Translations under genes and position numbers: made by a program | Assembly (NCBI GenBank): GCA_963719315.1 | Contig: CAVRBU010000003.1 | Span: 400,206-464,205, forward strand | Reading direction: 5' to 3' | Length of the DNA: 64,000 nt | Source of the DNA: an uncultured Planctomycetota bacterium | GTDB taxonomy: Bacteria; Planctomycetota; Planctomycetia; Pirellulales; Lacipirellulaceae | The notes under the pieces: generated by a model | What the model was told of the DNA's origin: nothing | Database searches by the model: none | The model's input: only the letters and a program-made list of their open reading frames with translations | Shown: positions 63,558 to 64,000 of the stretch, piece by piece | Layout: each line of letters starts with the position of its first letter | Numbering within the stretch: position 1 is the first letter of the stretch

Positions 63558-63998
63558 TCACCGCCCGACCGCCGCACACCGGCGCGGCATCGCCAGGCGG
63601 CATAAAAAGGCGACCGTTAGCGCAGCTTTCACCCGGGCCAGCACGGCTGTTACGTTGTCTTTGCCGCCGGCGTCGAGCGCCAGCTTGATCAATCCGTCGC
63701 AGGTGGCCTGCGCGGTGGGCGAATCGTCGACGCACGCGGCAATGTGCGACTCGTCTACCATGTCGGTCAGACCATCGGTGCACACGAGCAGCTGATCGCC
63801 TGGTTTGATTCGCAAGCAATGCACGTCGGGCCGGGCGTTTTGCGATTCGTAGCCCAGGCAGCGGGTCAACATATGGCTGAACTTGCCGGCGATTTCCGGC
63901 GCCACGCCGGCCGAGATGAATTCCTGCTCGATCGTGTGATCGACCGACACGCGTCGCATCGTGCCATCGCGCCACAGAAAGCACGGCGAATCGCCGAT
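63558..63998 (-). CDS. PP2C-family Ser/Thr phosphatase (5'-partial)
   Basis: IGDS, VDHT, LLVCTDGLTDMV and GGKDNVT. Confidence 0.9.
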   Translation of the reverse strand: MGDSPCFLWRDGTMRRVSVDHTIEQEFISAGVAPEIAGKFSHMLTRCLGYESQNARPDVHCLRIKPGDQLLVCTDGLTDMVDESHIAACVDDSPTAQATCDGLIKLALDAGGKDNVTAVLARVKAALTVAFLCRLAMPRRCAAVGR

Positions 63999-64000
63999 CT

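Overview
High-GC chromosomal window from a planctomycete, most likely Pirellulales/Lacipirellulaceae-like. The markers are PEP-CTERM proteins with GDFNGDG.VD..DY..WR repeats, a DUF1559 prepilin, a DUF4159-MoxR-DUF58-BatA cluster and an ECF sigma/Ser-Thr kinase pair. Core genes include LptD-like, an RpoD-type sigma factor, aroE, bioD, glgA plus GH57, aspC, inositol-3-phosphate synthase and a DEAD-box helicase. Between them lie small accessory islets: a type IIG RM gene, many intact or broken toxin-antitoxin-like modules and an RND pump. About ten single-base frameshifts, mostly in CGG/GCGC contexts, look like long-read consensus errors. Three features stand out. (1) A cobalamin riboswitch drives a DUF1559 pilin plus a PEP-CTERM beta-propeller-like protein, a candidate B12-capture system with no btuB/btuFCD in the operon. 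(2) At three loci (RM gene, aspC, DEAD-box helicase), accessory cargo sits between the 3' end of a gene and a diverged orphan copy of that same 3' end, with no integrase or transposase nearby. (3) Dense palindromic REP-like and heptamer repeats occur intergenically and also inside coding sequences and the riboswitch. No tRNA, rRNA or CRISPR array was seen. Family names come from motif recognition only, not database searches.
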